Part shown: positions 47,107-58,853 of the stretch, in pieces
Numbering within the stretch: position 1 is the first letter of the stretch
How the letters are laid out: each line of letters opens with the position of its first letter
Source of the DNA: Scenedesmus sp. PABB004
Taxonomy: Eukaryota
Assembly (NCBI GenBank): GCA_014905635.1
Contig: JABVCE010000018.1
Coordinates: forward strand, 682,001-746,000
Direction: 5' to 3'
Length of the DNA stretch: 64,000 bases
Program-made: the position numbers and the translations under genes
Notes under the pieces: generated by a model
Told to the model about the DNA's origin: nothing
Databases searched by the model: none
What the model saw: only the letters and a program-made list of their open reading frames with translations

Positions 47107-48062
47107 TCAGCTGGCCGCGCGGCAGCAGCAGCGCGGCCCGGCCCGCGAGGCCCGCGCGAGGGGTGCGCCGCCGCGGCGCACAGCGTGTCTGCGTGTGTGA
47201 AGGGGCTGGTCATGATGTACCAAGGGATGGCCACGCCGTCGCTGCCGCCGCCGCCGCCGGCCTCCGCGGCGGCGAGGCGCTGCAGGGCGAGCAGGCGCTC
47301 CGCCTGCAGCGCGAAGAGCGACTTGCCGGAGGGCAGGCCGATGTCGTAGCAGCCCTGGCGCCCGCCGGCGGCGCGAGCGTGGCGCGCGCGGCGTGAGCGG
47401 GGCCAGCGCAGCGCGGGGCGGGCGCCGCGGCCGCGGCCGGGCGGGCGGCGCGCGCGGCGCACGGCGGCGCGCACCTTGGGCAGGCTGCTGCCCAGGCGCG
47501 TGCCCTGGCCGCCCGCGAGCAGCAGCACGCCGACGCGGCCCTCGCGGATGAGGCGCAGGCCGAGACGCTGCCACGCGGCGCGCTGCGCGGCGTCGACCGA
47601 CTGCGCGCGCCGGCGCGGCGGCGGCGGCGGCGGCGGGTCGGCGTGCCGGCAGGGGCCGGTGGCGGGGCGGCAGCGCCGCGCCGCCGCCGCGGGGCCTGCA
47701 CGCCACGCGTGCCGCCGCACCTCGAGCGTGATCACGTCGTCGACGGGCGAGGGCGCGTGCTGCGCGGCCGCGTCGGCCGCCGCGAGGCTGGCCTTGAGCG
47801 CGCGGTCGATGAACGCAAAGTCCAGCCCCTGCGGCACGCCCGGCGGGCGGCCCCGGGCGTGACCAGCGAATCCCCGGCTGCAGCGGCGGCCGACGCCGCG
47901 GTCGTGCCGCGCCGCCGCCCCGCGCACCTGCACCTCCGCCGCCAGCTGGCGCTGCTGCTCCGGCGTGAGGTCGTGCCAGTCGTTCAGGATGTGCTCCTGC
48001 CCCGCCGCGGCGCAGGTCGCGCGCAGCTGCTCGAGCAGGGCGTCCGCGGCCGGCGCCGCCAT
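45744..48062 (-). CDS. UAP1: UDP-N-acetylglucosamine pyrophosphorylase (an alternative upstream in-frame ATG at 48251 could add a transit peptide)
   Basis: LLAGGQGTRLGSSLPKG, WYIMTS, FFQQGTLP, APDGNGG, YCVDN, EYSE, SNICMH, KLEMFIFD, FAPVKNA. Confidence 0.93.
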
Positions 48063-48500
48063 CTCGCCCCCGCCGCGGCTGCTGCGCGCGGCGCAGCTCG
48101 CGCCGGCGAGGTCGTGGATGGGGCAAAAGGGCTTGCTGTCACGCGCAGCGCGAGACGGCGGGCCGACGCTGGCTGCGCAGCGTGCGCGGGCGCCGCTGCT
48201 GCTGGCGCTGCTGCCGGCGCGGCGGGGGCGTCGCGGCGCGAGTGCGCGCATGCGGGAGGGGCGACCGCCAGCTGTGTGCGACGAGTGGCAGGCTGGGCGG
48301 CAGGCGAGCAGCCGCGGCGCGTGCTGGGCGGCGTTGAACCGCACGCTTGAGCCGCAGCTCCGCCGCGGCACGCTCAGCGCGGACGCGGACGTGCCGCCGC
48401 CGGTCGGCGCACGCGCCGCAATTACAGCCTGTCCTACACTGCACACCTGCAAGGTACACGCAAGGGCCGCGCGGCCCGCTGACAGCGCTGCGACTCCTCC

Positions 48501-49111
48501 TCACAGCTTGGCGCGCGGCGCCGCGGCGTCGAGGATCGGCTGCAGCTTCATTGCCAGGCCCATGCTGCCGTTGAGCTTCAGCTTGCGCAGCAGGAAGGCC
48601 TGCGGGCGTCGGCAGACCGTCGGCGGCACAGCGTCGGCGCCCGGCCGTCGGCGCCGGGCCGTCGGCGCCGGGCCGTCGGCGGCAGAGGTCGGCGCCTGGG
48701 CGCCGGCGGCAGACCGCCGTCGCGCGCGGCGGCAGGCAGGGCACGCGCCTGCTGTGGACTGAGCTTGCCCATGACGAGGCGGACAAACTCGGCGTCGCTG
48801 ATGGTGAGGGTGAGGTCGGGCTTCTCCCCCGGCGCGCCCTTGGCCACGCTCCCAGGGCTCGACCGGAGGTCGAGCGTCCAGCTGTCGCCGTCGATGCTGA
48901 ACACCACCAGCCCCTGGCGGCGCGCGGGCGGCGGCAGCTTGCGGCGGGCGCGCGCGCGGCGGCGGCGTGCGCCCGGCGGCGGCGCGCGCGCCTTGGTCTT
49001 GGAGACCAGCTCGGCGCCCTCCGGCCCCTTCAGCGCGGCCGCGAGCTGCTCGAACAGCGCCTCAGCGGCCTTGACCTGCGCGGCCGTGGCCGACCGCACC
49101 AGCGCGGCCAT
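48501..49111 (-). CDS. SCP2: Sterol carrier protein 2 (SCP2), peroxisomal
   Basis: WTLDLR, PDLTLTISDAEF, GKLSPQQAFLLRKLKLNGSMGLAMKL and a C-terminal PTS1 AKL*. Two GC-AG introns. Confidence 0.92.
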
Positions 49112-49618
49112 GGCGCCCCCTGCGCGGCACGGCGCGGGCGTGAGCAGCGGCCGCCGCCGCCGCGGGCCGCGCCGCGCCGGGGGCGGCGCCGCGCGCGGTG
49201 CCGCTGCGCCCGGAGCTGTACGGAAGCTTTTCCCGCTCGCCAGGCCCCCAGCCGCCGGCGGGGAGCGCGCCGCGAGCGATCGCGTGCGGCCCGTTGCGAG
49301 AGCCGCCCACCTCTCGCGCTGGATCGCCCGCTGCGAGCGCTGCGCACGCGGTGCGTGCTCCCGGGCAATGAAGGAGTGCGAAGAGACAGGCCGCGGGCCG
49401 CGGGCGTGAAGTGGGGCTGTCCGGCGGTTGCGCTGGTGTGGCGCGGCGGCCGAGCGGTCGGCCGAGCGGCCGGGGCTCAGCGGCGATGTCGTGCTGCCCC
49501 TAACAAGGCCACCACGATCTCCGCCAACCTCTCCACACTCACGCCGGCCGCTGCCGCCGCACTCGCACTCGCGCCGCCGCCGCGCGCGCGCGCGCCCGAC
49601 CGCCGCCGCCGCCGCAGC

Positions 49619-50301
49619 ATGACGGAGCCCGCGGCGCCGGCGCCGGGCGAGCCCTACGGCCGTGCCGTGGCCGCGCTCGCCGGCGCGGCGGCGCTGCCGG
49701 CGGGCGTGGTGGTGCACGCAGACGCGCTCTGGGGCCCCGGCGGCGCGGCCGGCGCGCCGCTGCTGTCGCCCGCGGCGGCGGTGCTCGCGGCGCTGCACGC
49801 GCGGGGCGTGCCCGTCGCGCTGCTCGTGCCGGCGCCCGCCGCGGCGGCGGCGCGGGCAGCGGCAGCCGCCGCCAACCTGGCGCTCGCGGCGGTGGTGAGC
49901 GCCCGCGCGGCGCGGCCGCTGCCCGCGGCGCCAGGTGCGGCGCGCGACCGCTCGGTGCCGCCCGGTCGCAGGTTGAGTACGAACCCGACGAGCAGCAGCA
50001 GGAGCAGCAGCAGGAGGCGCAGCAGCAGCAGGCGCAGCAGCAGCAGCAGGCGCAGCAGGCGCTGCGCGGCGCGGCAGCGTCGCAGCCGTGGGCGGCGGGG
50101 GCGGCGGCGGCAGAGCTCAAGGCCGCGCTGGGAGCGTGGACGGAGCTGCTCGCCTTTGCCGGCGACGCCGCCCTCCTGCGCCAGGCGGCGCGGCTGGGGA
50201 TGGCGGGCGCCCGCGTGCCACCCGGCGGCCTCAACGTTGAGCAGCTGACCGCCGGCCTCGCGGCCTTTGCGGTCAAGCACGAGGCCGACCGAGGTTACTG
50301 A
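49619..50301 (+). CDS. HAD-superfamily MDP-1-like protein with degenerate catalytic motifs
   Basis: LPAGVVVHADALW...VLAALHARGVPVAL...LLAFAGD...RLGMAGARVPPGGLNVEQLTAGLAAF. One intron at about 49894-49971. Confidence 0.5.
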
Positions 50302-50540
50302 GCATGGGACGCCCGGGTCCAGCTGTGCAGCTGTCTGCGGGCCGGCCGCGCGCGGCGGCCGACCAGCCGCGCCGCAGCGTCAGCAGCGGCGGCGGCTCTG
50401 CGCCGGAGGCGCGGCGCAGCTCGCGCGCCCGCGCTGCCGCTGCCCACAGCTCCTCCGCCGGCAGCCAATCCGCCAGCCAGTGAGGGGCCGGCCGAGCGCA
50501 CGCACGCACGCACGCGGCGAGCAGCAGACCGGGGCCTGCA

Positions 50541-52055
50541 ATGCAGGGCGCCGGGCGCGCGGCGGCGCGGCCCGGCAGCGCCAGGGAGGCTGCCTACCGG
50601 GAACGCATGGGCGAGCGGGGCTACCAGCGGTTCGAGAACCTCAAGAAGGCCGAGCGCCAGCGAGGTGGGCTGGCCGCCGAGATGGGCGCCCGCCCCCGCC
50701 CGCAGCGCGCTCCCCGCCGGCGACTGGGGGCTCCCGGGGGCGCGGAAGACCGCCCCAGACAGCCCTGGCGCCGGCAACGGCCCGCCCGGCGGCGCGACGC
50801 GGCGCGGCGGCCGGCGGCGGTGCGCGCCGCTGCTGCTGCTGCTGCTCACGCTGCTCCCGCGTGCCGCGCGCCGCGCAGTCTGGGACGCGATGCGCAAGGT
50901 TGCGGGCGCGCGCTACCGCGCGGGCCTGATGCCGCCCTGGTTCCAGCGCGAGTGGCTGGACATCGAGGAGGCGCCGACAAACACGTGGTGGCGGCAGCAG
51001 GGGCTGTCGACCTACGCGACCGACGAGCGCTGGCTGGGCGAGGCCGCGCCCGAGCCGGGCGGCGGCGGCGGCGGCGGCGGGAGCGGCGGGAGCGGCGGCG
51101 GTGAGCAGGGGCGGGGATGCGGCGGGGCGCGGACGCGCGCCGCTCGCCGCTCACGGCCCACTCGCCCACACCTCATGCGGCGGACGGGCGCCCCGCGCTC
51201 GCTGCGGCGCAGGCGGCGGCGGCTGGCGCTGGTGGCGGGAGGAAGACCCGTACTGGCCGCTGCGTGACTGGGGCGACCACCCGATGCGCTGGTGGACGTG
51301 GGGCATGGCTGCGCTGCTGGCAGGTGCGGCTGGCGCACGCGGCAGCCGCAGCCGCCGCAGGACCACCAGCACCAGCACCCGCACCAGCACCAGCCGCCGG
51401 CGGGCGGAGTCTGACGCGCGCCGCGCCGCCCGCTGTCTGCGCTGGACCGCCGCGCGCAGCCGGCGGCGTGTGCGTGCACGCGCAGACGGGCAGCGCGGGC
51501 GCCGCGCGCCTGGGGCTGGGCTGCGGCGCGCTGCTGGGCATGGCGGCGGCGGCGATGTCGGACATGCGGGGCTCGCCGGAGCTCGGCGAGCTGGGGGTCA
51601 AGGGCGCGTGGGGTGAGGCGCCGCCGCAGCGCCCGCGGCCGGCCGCGGCGGCGCTGGCTCTCCGCGCCCGCGCCCCGCCACCGCGCTCGGCTCACGGCCC
51701 CTGCCCGCCCGCCCGCCCCGTGCCGCGCCCGCGCGCCCGCGCAGCCGTGTGCGCGGCGCTGGCGCTCTGCGACTTCCGCACGCCGCAGGGCCTGCGCCCG
51801 CCGCCGCGCGCGCGCGACGCCTGGGGGGACGAGTGCAGCAGCAGCAGCGCCGCGGACGCGGCCGGCGGCTACAAGGGCACCGGCTGGGCGTGCCTCGCGC
51901 TCGCGGCCGCGTGCATGGCGACCGGGATGTCGGGCCTGGCCGACGGCACAAGCCTGCCCACCAACCCGGGCGAGGCGTTCAAGGCGGTCGACGTCGCGGC
52001 GCGGCACAAGGTCTGGGACTACTGGGGCTACGGCGGCCTCACCATGCGCACGTGA
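50541..52055 (+). CDS. TMEM14/FAX-like membrane protein with an N-terminal extension
   Basis: Spliced protein contains WWREEDPYWPLRDWGDHPMRWW, AGGVCVHAQTGS...LGLGCGALL (TMEM14-like) and further hydrophobic helices. Confidence 0.55.
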
Positions 52056-52418
52056 TGAGGGCCGCACCGCGCCGCATGAACTGTGTGCGCGCGCGCGCGC
52101 GCGACCCTGACCGGCTGCCTGCGTCGCGGCGGCGCGCGGGCCGTGTTACGTGCGACCGGGCCCCTCCCACCCGCGTCCGCGCCGGCGTCCTCAATGTTTT
52201 GTTGCAACTGCGCACGTGCGCACAGTCCTCGTCGCACCGTGCTCAGCATCACCGGCACCGGCAGCACTCGCGCAGCGCCCCGGCCGCCCCCCGTCGTTGG
52301 TTTCATGCCGCCGCCGCCTCCCCCCAGTTGGCCGCCGTGCGATTGCGTTCAGGGGCCTCCCTCCCTAGACCAGCGCTGGTCTAGGAAAGCTAGCTTTCCG
52401 GGGCGGGGCAGCACGCGC

Positions 52419-53782
52419 TCACGGCGCCTCGACCTTCTGCAGGCAGACGGCGTCGAGCAGCGAGCCGCACGCGCCGCAGGTCTTGGGGCGCTTGGTGTTG
52501 ATGAACGCCAGCGTCATCTGGGGCGGCCGGGCGGGTGGTGTGAGCGCGGGCGGTCAGCGCGGGCGGGCGGCCAGCGCGGTCAACGGCGCCCCGGTCGGGA
52601 TCCGCGCGCCGCGGCCGTGCGCGCGGCCGCCGTGCCGGCCCCCCTCACCATCTCCTCTGGCGCGGTGAAGGTCGCGGTGTACTGCCACCACTGCTTGCCG
52701 TGCGCCGCAAACTGCTCCTCCGTGTCGGCCGAGGCGAGGAGCGTGTAGCCCTGCCGGTCCTTGGGCCAGATGCCGCTCGACGCCGGCACCGCCGCGACGG
52801 GGCGGATCGCGACGTCGATCGCGGTCGGGTAGACGGTGAAGTTCTTGGTGCTTCAGGGAGGAGCAACAAGGAGGGGGGGGGGGGGGGGGGCGGGCGGGCA
52901 GTGTGGGCGCGGGCGGCGGGCGGAGCCGCGGCGGTGCGGGCCAGGGCGTGCGCGGCTCCGCCTCGGCGCCGCCGCACCCCTTGGCGTAGGTCATGAGGCG
53001 GCCATAGTAGAAGCTGAGCTTATACGTTTGACCCTTGACGAGGCGTATGTCTTGGCAGTAGTTTCCTACGAGGCGAAAAAAGGGTTGGCAGTCGCCCGAG
53101 GGAGGGAGGAGGGCAGCGGCGCGCGCACGCGCGCGCACCCGTGGCGTTGGGCAGGAGCTCGCCATACTGCTGCCCCTCGATCGGTGTCGCGAGCGCGCCG
53201 CGCGCGACCTCAATGTAGGGGCGCTGCCAGTCGACCTTCACGCACGGGCCCCGGCCGTCCGGCCGCGTCGTGTACCAGCCTGCGCCGCGGCGGCGGCGGC
53301 GGCGGCGGTGGTGCGCGCGCGACCGAGCGCTCAGCGGCGGGCGCCTCCGCGCGGCCGGCCGGCGCCGCGCCGCGCCGCGCCGCGCGGCGCACCCTTGATC
53401 TTGTTGCGATACCACCCCCAGCGGTTGTTCAGGCTCGGGTCCCACACCTCGGACGGCTGCGACGGCGGCACGCGCGCGCCGGCGCGGCGGCGCGCCCGCG
53501 TCGGTCCGGCGCGCGGCCGCGGCGGCCCCGCACGAGCGCCGTGGCCGGACCTGCAGGATGGTGTTGGGCTCCTCAAAGTCGCCATTGATGATGAGGTTGC
53601 CGGGACAGGCCTGCGCGGGGCGCGCGCGCGGTGAGGCCTCGAGCGCCGCTGCCGCCGCTGGTGCCGCCGGTGCCGCCGGCGCCGCCGCCGCCACGCACCT
53701 CGGCCAGCTTGAACGCCGCCGCCGCGCTCTGCGCGGTGCAGGCGAGCAGCAGCGCGATCGCCGCTGCTGGGAGGGGCTGCAT
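52419..53782 (-). CDS. Secreted galactose-binding-like (DUF642/CBM-like) protein
   Basis: Signal peptide; CPGNLIINGDFEEP; EGQQYGEL; QDIRLVKGQTYKLSFYYG; WWQYTATFTA; GSLLDAVCL. Confidence 0.7.
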
Positions 53783-54092
53783 GGCCGCAGCTGCGGCGAG
53801 TGCTGCTGGTCGCTGCTCCTGGAGCGCGGCTGTCGGAGCCGGGCCGTCCCAGTGAGAGGAGCCACGTTGCTCAACTGGGACTCGGCAGCTGGCAGCTCAG
53901 CGACCGCGGCGCGGCCAGACGCACCGTGCGAGGTTTCTCGTGAGCCCTTGGTCGCGCGCCCCGTGCGCCTCGGGGGCCCAGCGCGCGCCGCGACCGCTTG
54001 TACTGAAAAAAAAAACCGGCCAGCCTGTGGCGCGCCGTGGCGGGGCAATTGAAGAGCTGTCACCAGCACCCAAGGCAGCAGCAGCTGGCACC

Positions 54093-54792
54093 ATGGCGGC
54101 TCCCACGCATGCCGTGTGGGCTCTCCTGGCCCTGCTGCTGGGCGCCTCCTCCGCTGCAGCCGCCTGCACAAACCCTCTGGGGAACGCCACGTACCGCATC
54201 GGCGAGGGTGCGCTGCCCGGCGCGCCGCCGCCGCTGCCGCCGCCGCCGCCGCGCACGGTCGCGCCCGCCCCGCGCGCGCAGGCCCGACGGCGCACGCGAA
54301 GCGCATGGCGAGCAGCAAGCGCTGGCAGGACGTGAACAGCCTGGACTACCTCGCGCCCGCGGGCACGCCCGTGTTTGCGCTCCTCGACGGCGTGGTGTGC
54401 GACCCCGCCAAGAACGCGAGCTGCGTGTGAGCCGCCGCGCGGCGTCGCCGCATGCACCGCGGGCACCCTGCGGCGCGCCGACCGCACCCCCGCCCCCGCC
54501 GCGCGCCGCCGCCGCCGCGGCCGGCAGGTTTGGCAAGACGGCGGCGGAGCTGAAGGACCGGTTCAGCCTGAACTCGCTCTACCTCAACCTGGCGGACGGG
54601 CGGCAGGCGTACTACACGCACCTGCAGCGCCTCGACGCCGCGCCGGGGGCGGCGGTCAAGGCGGGTCAGCGCCTCGGCGCGGTCGGCGCGTACAACGGGC
54701 GCAACGCGCACCTGCACCTCGCGCTCAGCGCGGGCAGCCCGTGCGCCCTGCTCGCCGCGTGCGCGCCGGCCGACGCGCGCGGATGCAAGTGA
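54093..54792 (+). CDS. Secreted peptidase family M23-like protein
   Basis: Signal peptide; LDYLAPAGTPVFALLDGVV; YYTHL; PGAAVKAGQRLGAVG; NAHLHL. Two introns. Confidence 0.85.
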
Positions 54793-55059
54793 GCCGCCGG
54801 GGGGGGGGGGGGGCGCCAACACACGAGCATTCCTGAACCAGGGGGGCGGCGGCGGGTGAACGCAATCGAGCGGGGCAACCAATCGAGCGTGCACCCGAAG
54901 GCGCGCTGAACCCCCGCCGCCGCCGGCGCGCATGAATTGCGCGCGCGCCGACCACGCCCCCACTCCCGCGCAGCCCGCCGAGCTTGGTGACGACGCCCGC
55001 CGGGGCTGCGGCCCCGCAGAGAGAGAGAGGGAGAGAGAGCAGCAGCAGCACCAGCGGCG

Positions 55060-55857
55060 GCTGACCGCGCGCAGCACCGACAGCAGCACCGCGCTGGGCT
55101 GCAGGAGCAGCTGCTCGTTGACCTGCATCAGGTAGGGCGACAGCTGCGCGTTCCACGCCGGCGCGCGCGGCATCGGGTGCAGCAGCACCTGCGGCGGCGG
55201 CAAGGGCGGCGGCGTGGCGTGAGAGGGCGGCGTGAGACATGGGCAGCGGCGCGCAGAGGCCCCCGCCTCCGAGGCCGAGGCCGTCTGCTGTCACCCACGC
55301 AGCGCACCTGCAGCAGCTTGTCCAGCTCCTGCTCGTCCGGCGCGCCGGAAGCCGCCGCGGCGCCGCCGCCGGCCGGCGGCGGCGCCGCCTTCCTGGGCGC
55401 CGCCGCCGCAGCGCCCTCGGCCGCCGCCGCCGCGGCCGCCAGCGCGCCCGCGCTGCTCGCGAGGCCCCGCCGCGGCGCGCGCTGCGCCGGCCAGTGCTGC
55501 TGCTGATGGCGGGGCCACGGCTGCGGCTCCAGCAGCACCTGCCGCTGCTGCTGCTGCTGCTGCTGCTCCTGCTGCTGCTGCTGCTGCGGGGCGGCGCTGC
55601 CCAGGGTGCGCAGGCCCGCCGCCGCGAGCGCCCTGCGAGCAGAGGCGGCGGGCGTGAGGCGCGCGCGGCCGCCGGCGCGCGGGCGGCTCGCGCTGCCCCT
55701 GTCTCGCGCACCTGACGCCCGCCAGGCCCTGCGCCAGCGAGCGCGCGCCTGTGGCGGCTGTGGTGTGTCGGGCGGCCGCGGCCGGTGAGCAGCGGCGGCG
55801 GCAGCGGCGGCAGCAGCGGCGGCAGCAGACCGCGGCGGGCGCACCCGCAGTAATCAT
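55060..55857 (-). CDS. Hypothetical, possibly organelle-targeted protein N-terminus (apparently 3'-truncated)
   Basis: Spliced exons give a Gln-rich/RRGLASS presequence-like segment and DEQELDKLLQ|VLLHPMPR...VLLSVLRA, after which the coding signal is lost. Confidence 0.35.
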
Positions 55858-56362
55858 GATCGTGGGCCGACGCCCGCCGGGCGTCGGGGAGCGCGGCCTG
55901 GGGCGGGGAGCAGGCGATCGCAGGCCGGCTGCGACGGCTGCGCGCGCGCCTGGGGCCCTGCTGATGCGTACGACGCGGCACCTGTCGAGGAGCTCACTCT
56001 GTCAGCTGCGCGGGTGGTGGCGTGGCGTGCACGCGCGCTGAGAGGGCGCAGGGCTCCACACGCGGCCCGCTCCGCTCCTCTCCTCGCTCGCCTCCCAGCG
56101 GCACTCTGCTGATCACTGAGCCACCCCGCGCCCGCTCGCTGCTGAACTGAACTGCCCGGGCTGCGGGCGCGCCTGTGTCGACACCACAGCCCGTCCAGGC
56201 CCCGATCGCGCGCGCACACCGCGGCGCCCGGGCGGCTCTGCCGTGCTGACAGCAGGCCAGCGGCGGGCCGCGGCGCGCGGAGGCGCGGCGGCGCGCGGTG
56301 CCGCGTCGCTCTGCTGCTGCTGCTCGCGGCGCGCACGCAACCGCCGCCGGGTGGTGGCGGCG

Positions 56363-57445
56363 ATGGAGCCGGCCGCGCCCGACCCCGACCGCCTGGCGCT
56401 GTTTGACGACGCGCTGGATGCGCTGCTGGACGCGCTGCAGCCGACCCCGGAGAGCGACGCGGTGCGGCGCGGAGTGGTCGCCGAGATGGCAGACCTGGTC
56501 GCCGAGGTGCTGCCGGCGCACCTGCACCCCGGGCTGGAGGCGTTCGGCTCCTTCCGCGCGGGCCTCCACCTGCCGGGTGCGCGCGGCAGCGGCGCGCGCG
56601 CGTGCCGCGGCCGCGCCCGGCGGCCTGGCGCCGTGCAGCGCCGTGCGTCGCGCTCGTGCTATCTCCGCTCCCCCCCCCCCCACACACACACACGTGCGCC
56701 CCCTCCGCGCAGGCAGCGACCTCGACTTTGCCGTGACCGGCTGGGTGCCGGCGGCGCCGCCGCAAGGCCCGGACGAGCCGCCGCCGCCGGCGCTGGAGCT
56801 GCACGAGTGGTCGCCGCACGAACAGTGCTGCCTGCTGGCGGACCTCGCGGACGCGCTCGAGGCGCGCGGCCTCGTGGACGGGCAGGTGGGGCCCGCGCGG
56901 GGCGCGGCGCCCGCCGCTGCCGCTACTGCCGCGCGGCGCCGGCCCCGCGTCCACGCGCCGCCGCTGCGTGGCAGGTCGAGCGCATCTTGCATGCGCGGGT
57001 GCCGGTCATCAAGGCGGTCCACGCGCGCACCCGCCTCGCGTGCGACTTTTCAATCAGCCGCCCCGAGCGCGTTCAAGGCGGAGATGCAAAAGTGAGGCGC
57101 GCGAGGCCGCCGCCGCCGCCGCTGTGTGGGCGGCGCCGCCGCGCAGGGCCGCGGCGCCGCGCAGGGCCGCGGCTCGCGCCGCGCCCGACCGCCGCCGCGC
57201 GGGCCGGCGCGCCGTCAGGCTGCTGGGCTCGCTGGACCGGCGCTACGCCGAGCTGTACCGCCTGGTGAAGACGTGGGCGGCGGCGCACGGCTTAAACGAC
57301 GCGGCGAGCGGCACGCTCAACAGCTGGAGCCTCGGCCTGCTCGTTGCCTTTTACCTGCAGGCGCGCCCCCGACACCGCACAGCGCGGACGCGCCCGCGGC
57401 GCGCACGCGGGCGAGAGCGCCCCCAGCGGCGCGTCCACTCGCCGA

Positions 57446-57492
<47 letters not shown>

Positions 57493-57540
57493 TGGCGCGC
57501 GCAGTGCGGCGAGACGCCCGCGCTGCTGCCGCCCGTGTGG
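56363..57540 (+). pseudogene. HESO1/Cid1-like terminal nucleotidyltransferase, 3'-truncated
   Basis: FGSF..GL..GSDLD, HARVPVIK, CDFSI, LVKTWAAAHGLNDAASGTLNSWSL..LVAFYLQ, PALLPPVW. Ends abruptly with no PAP-associated domain. Confidence 0.75.
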
Positions 57541-58309
57541 GGGCGCGGCCTGGCCGTAGAGCTGCCGCAGCGCCGGCTCAGCATACAGGTCATGGAAGCG
57601 GCTGACCAGGCGCGCCTGCGGCGCACGCCGCGCGCCGCGCGCGCGGGGGCGGCGGCGTTTGACGACGGGAGCCGGCGCGCGGGCGCGCGCGGCCGGGCGG
57701 GCGGCCGGCCGGCCGCGCCGCGCACCTGCGCGCGCGCCAGCAGGTCGCGCGGCAGCAGCGGCGGCAGGGGGAAGGCCTCGTCGAGCCACTCATTGATGAC
57801 CTCGCTCTCACACAGCACCACCTGCACGGCGGCCAGGCCAGGCCGCGGCGCCGTCTCGGCGCCAGCCAGCCGGCGGCCGGGAGCGCCGCGCGCGCGTGCG
57901 CTGGTTACGGGGCGCGCGCGCGCACCTCGCACCTCGCGCGGCAGCGCGCCGCCGCGTACGCGCAGCGCCTGGATCTTGCCCAGCGGTGTGGCGCCCGCGG
58001 CGCTGGCGCCGCCGCAGGGCGGCGCGGGCAGGGCCGTCCACGCGAGGCCCTTCGCCGCGAGCGCGACCTTGACCTGCCGGCGGCGCAGGCGCGCCGGCGC
58101 GTGGCGGGTGGAGGTGGGGGCGGGCGGCACGCGCGGGGCGTGTGCCAGCGGGGCGCGTGCCAGCGGCGCGTGTGCCAGCGGCTCGCCTTGGCGCAGTACT
58201 CGGAGTGCGGGTCGTCGACGAGGATCAGCTCGAGGCCCTGCTGCTGGTCCCTCTGCTGCCGCTGCTGCTCGTCAGGCGAGCCCAAGCTCTGCGGTGCCGC
58301 CGCCGCCAT
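57541..58309 (-). pseudogene. Glutathione S-transferase, 3'-truncated
   Basis: SEYCAKVKVALAAKGL, TPLGKIQAL, VLCESEVINEWLDEAFP..PLLPRD..ARAQAR..RFHDLYAEP. The C-terminal domain is missing. Confidence 0.78.
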
Positions 58310-58853
58310 CCGGCGCCGGTGCTGGTGCCGCCGCAGCAGCGCCGGCGAGCGCCGCGGTGGTGCCGCCGCGGTGCCGCCAGGTGCTCGTCGGCCGCCCGGC
58401 GCACTCTGGACCCGAGGAGGATACAGTGGCTGTAGCGCGCTGCCGTGGGTCGCAGGCGGCTCGCATGCCCGGCGCCGCCGCTGCTCGCTGCGCGGCCCGG
58501 GCGCAGCTCGAATCCGGCGCGCTGCAGCGCAGACGCGGCGGACTGAAGAACTCCAACTGCAGCAGGCGCGTTTTTTCTGGCGGGCAGCAGCAGAAAGCGC
58601 GCGTTTTGCGTGGCGGGGAAGCGCGCGCGATCGGCGGCCGGTGACGCCCCGAAACCGCCGCCGCCGCTGCCGCTGCCCGCGCGGCACTGTGTGTCAGGGG
58701 CGCTGCTCTCCGGTGTTACACAGCCGCGGTGTGTGTGCGCGCGGACTCGAGAAAAAGCCCGCGCGCCGGCAGCCGCCCAAAACAGCGCCCGGCGATGATG
58801 TACACCCCGCGCGCGGGGCTTCCTCGGCAGCAGCGCCCGCCGCTGCGACGGCT

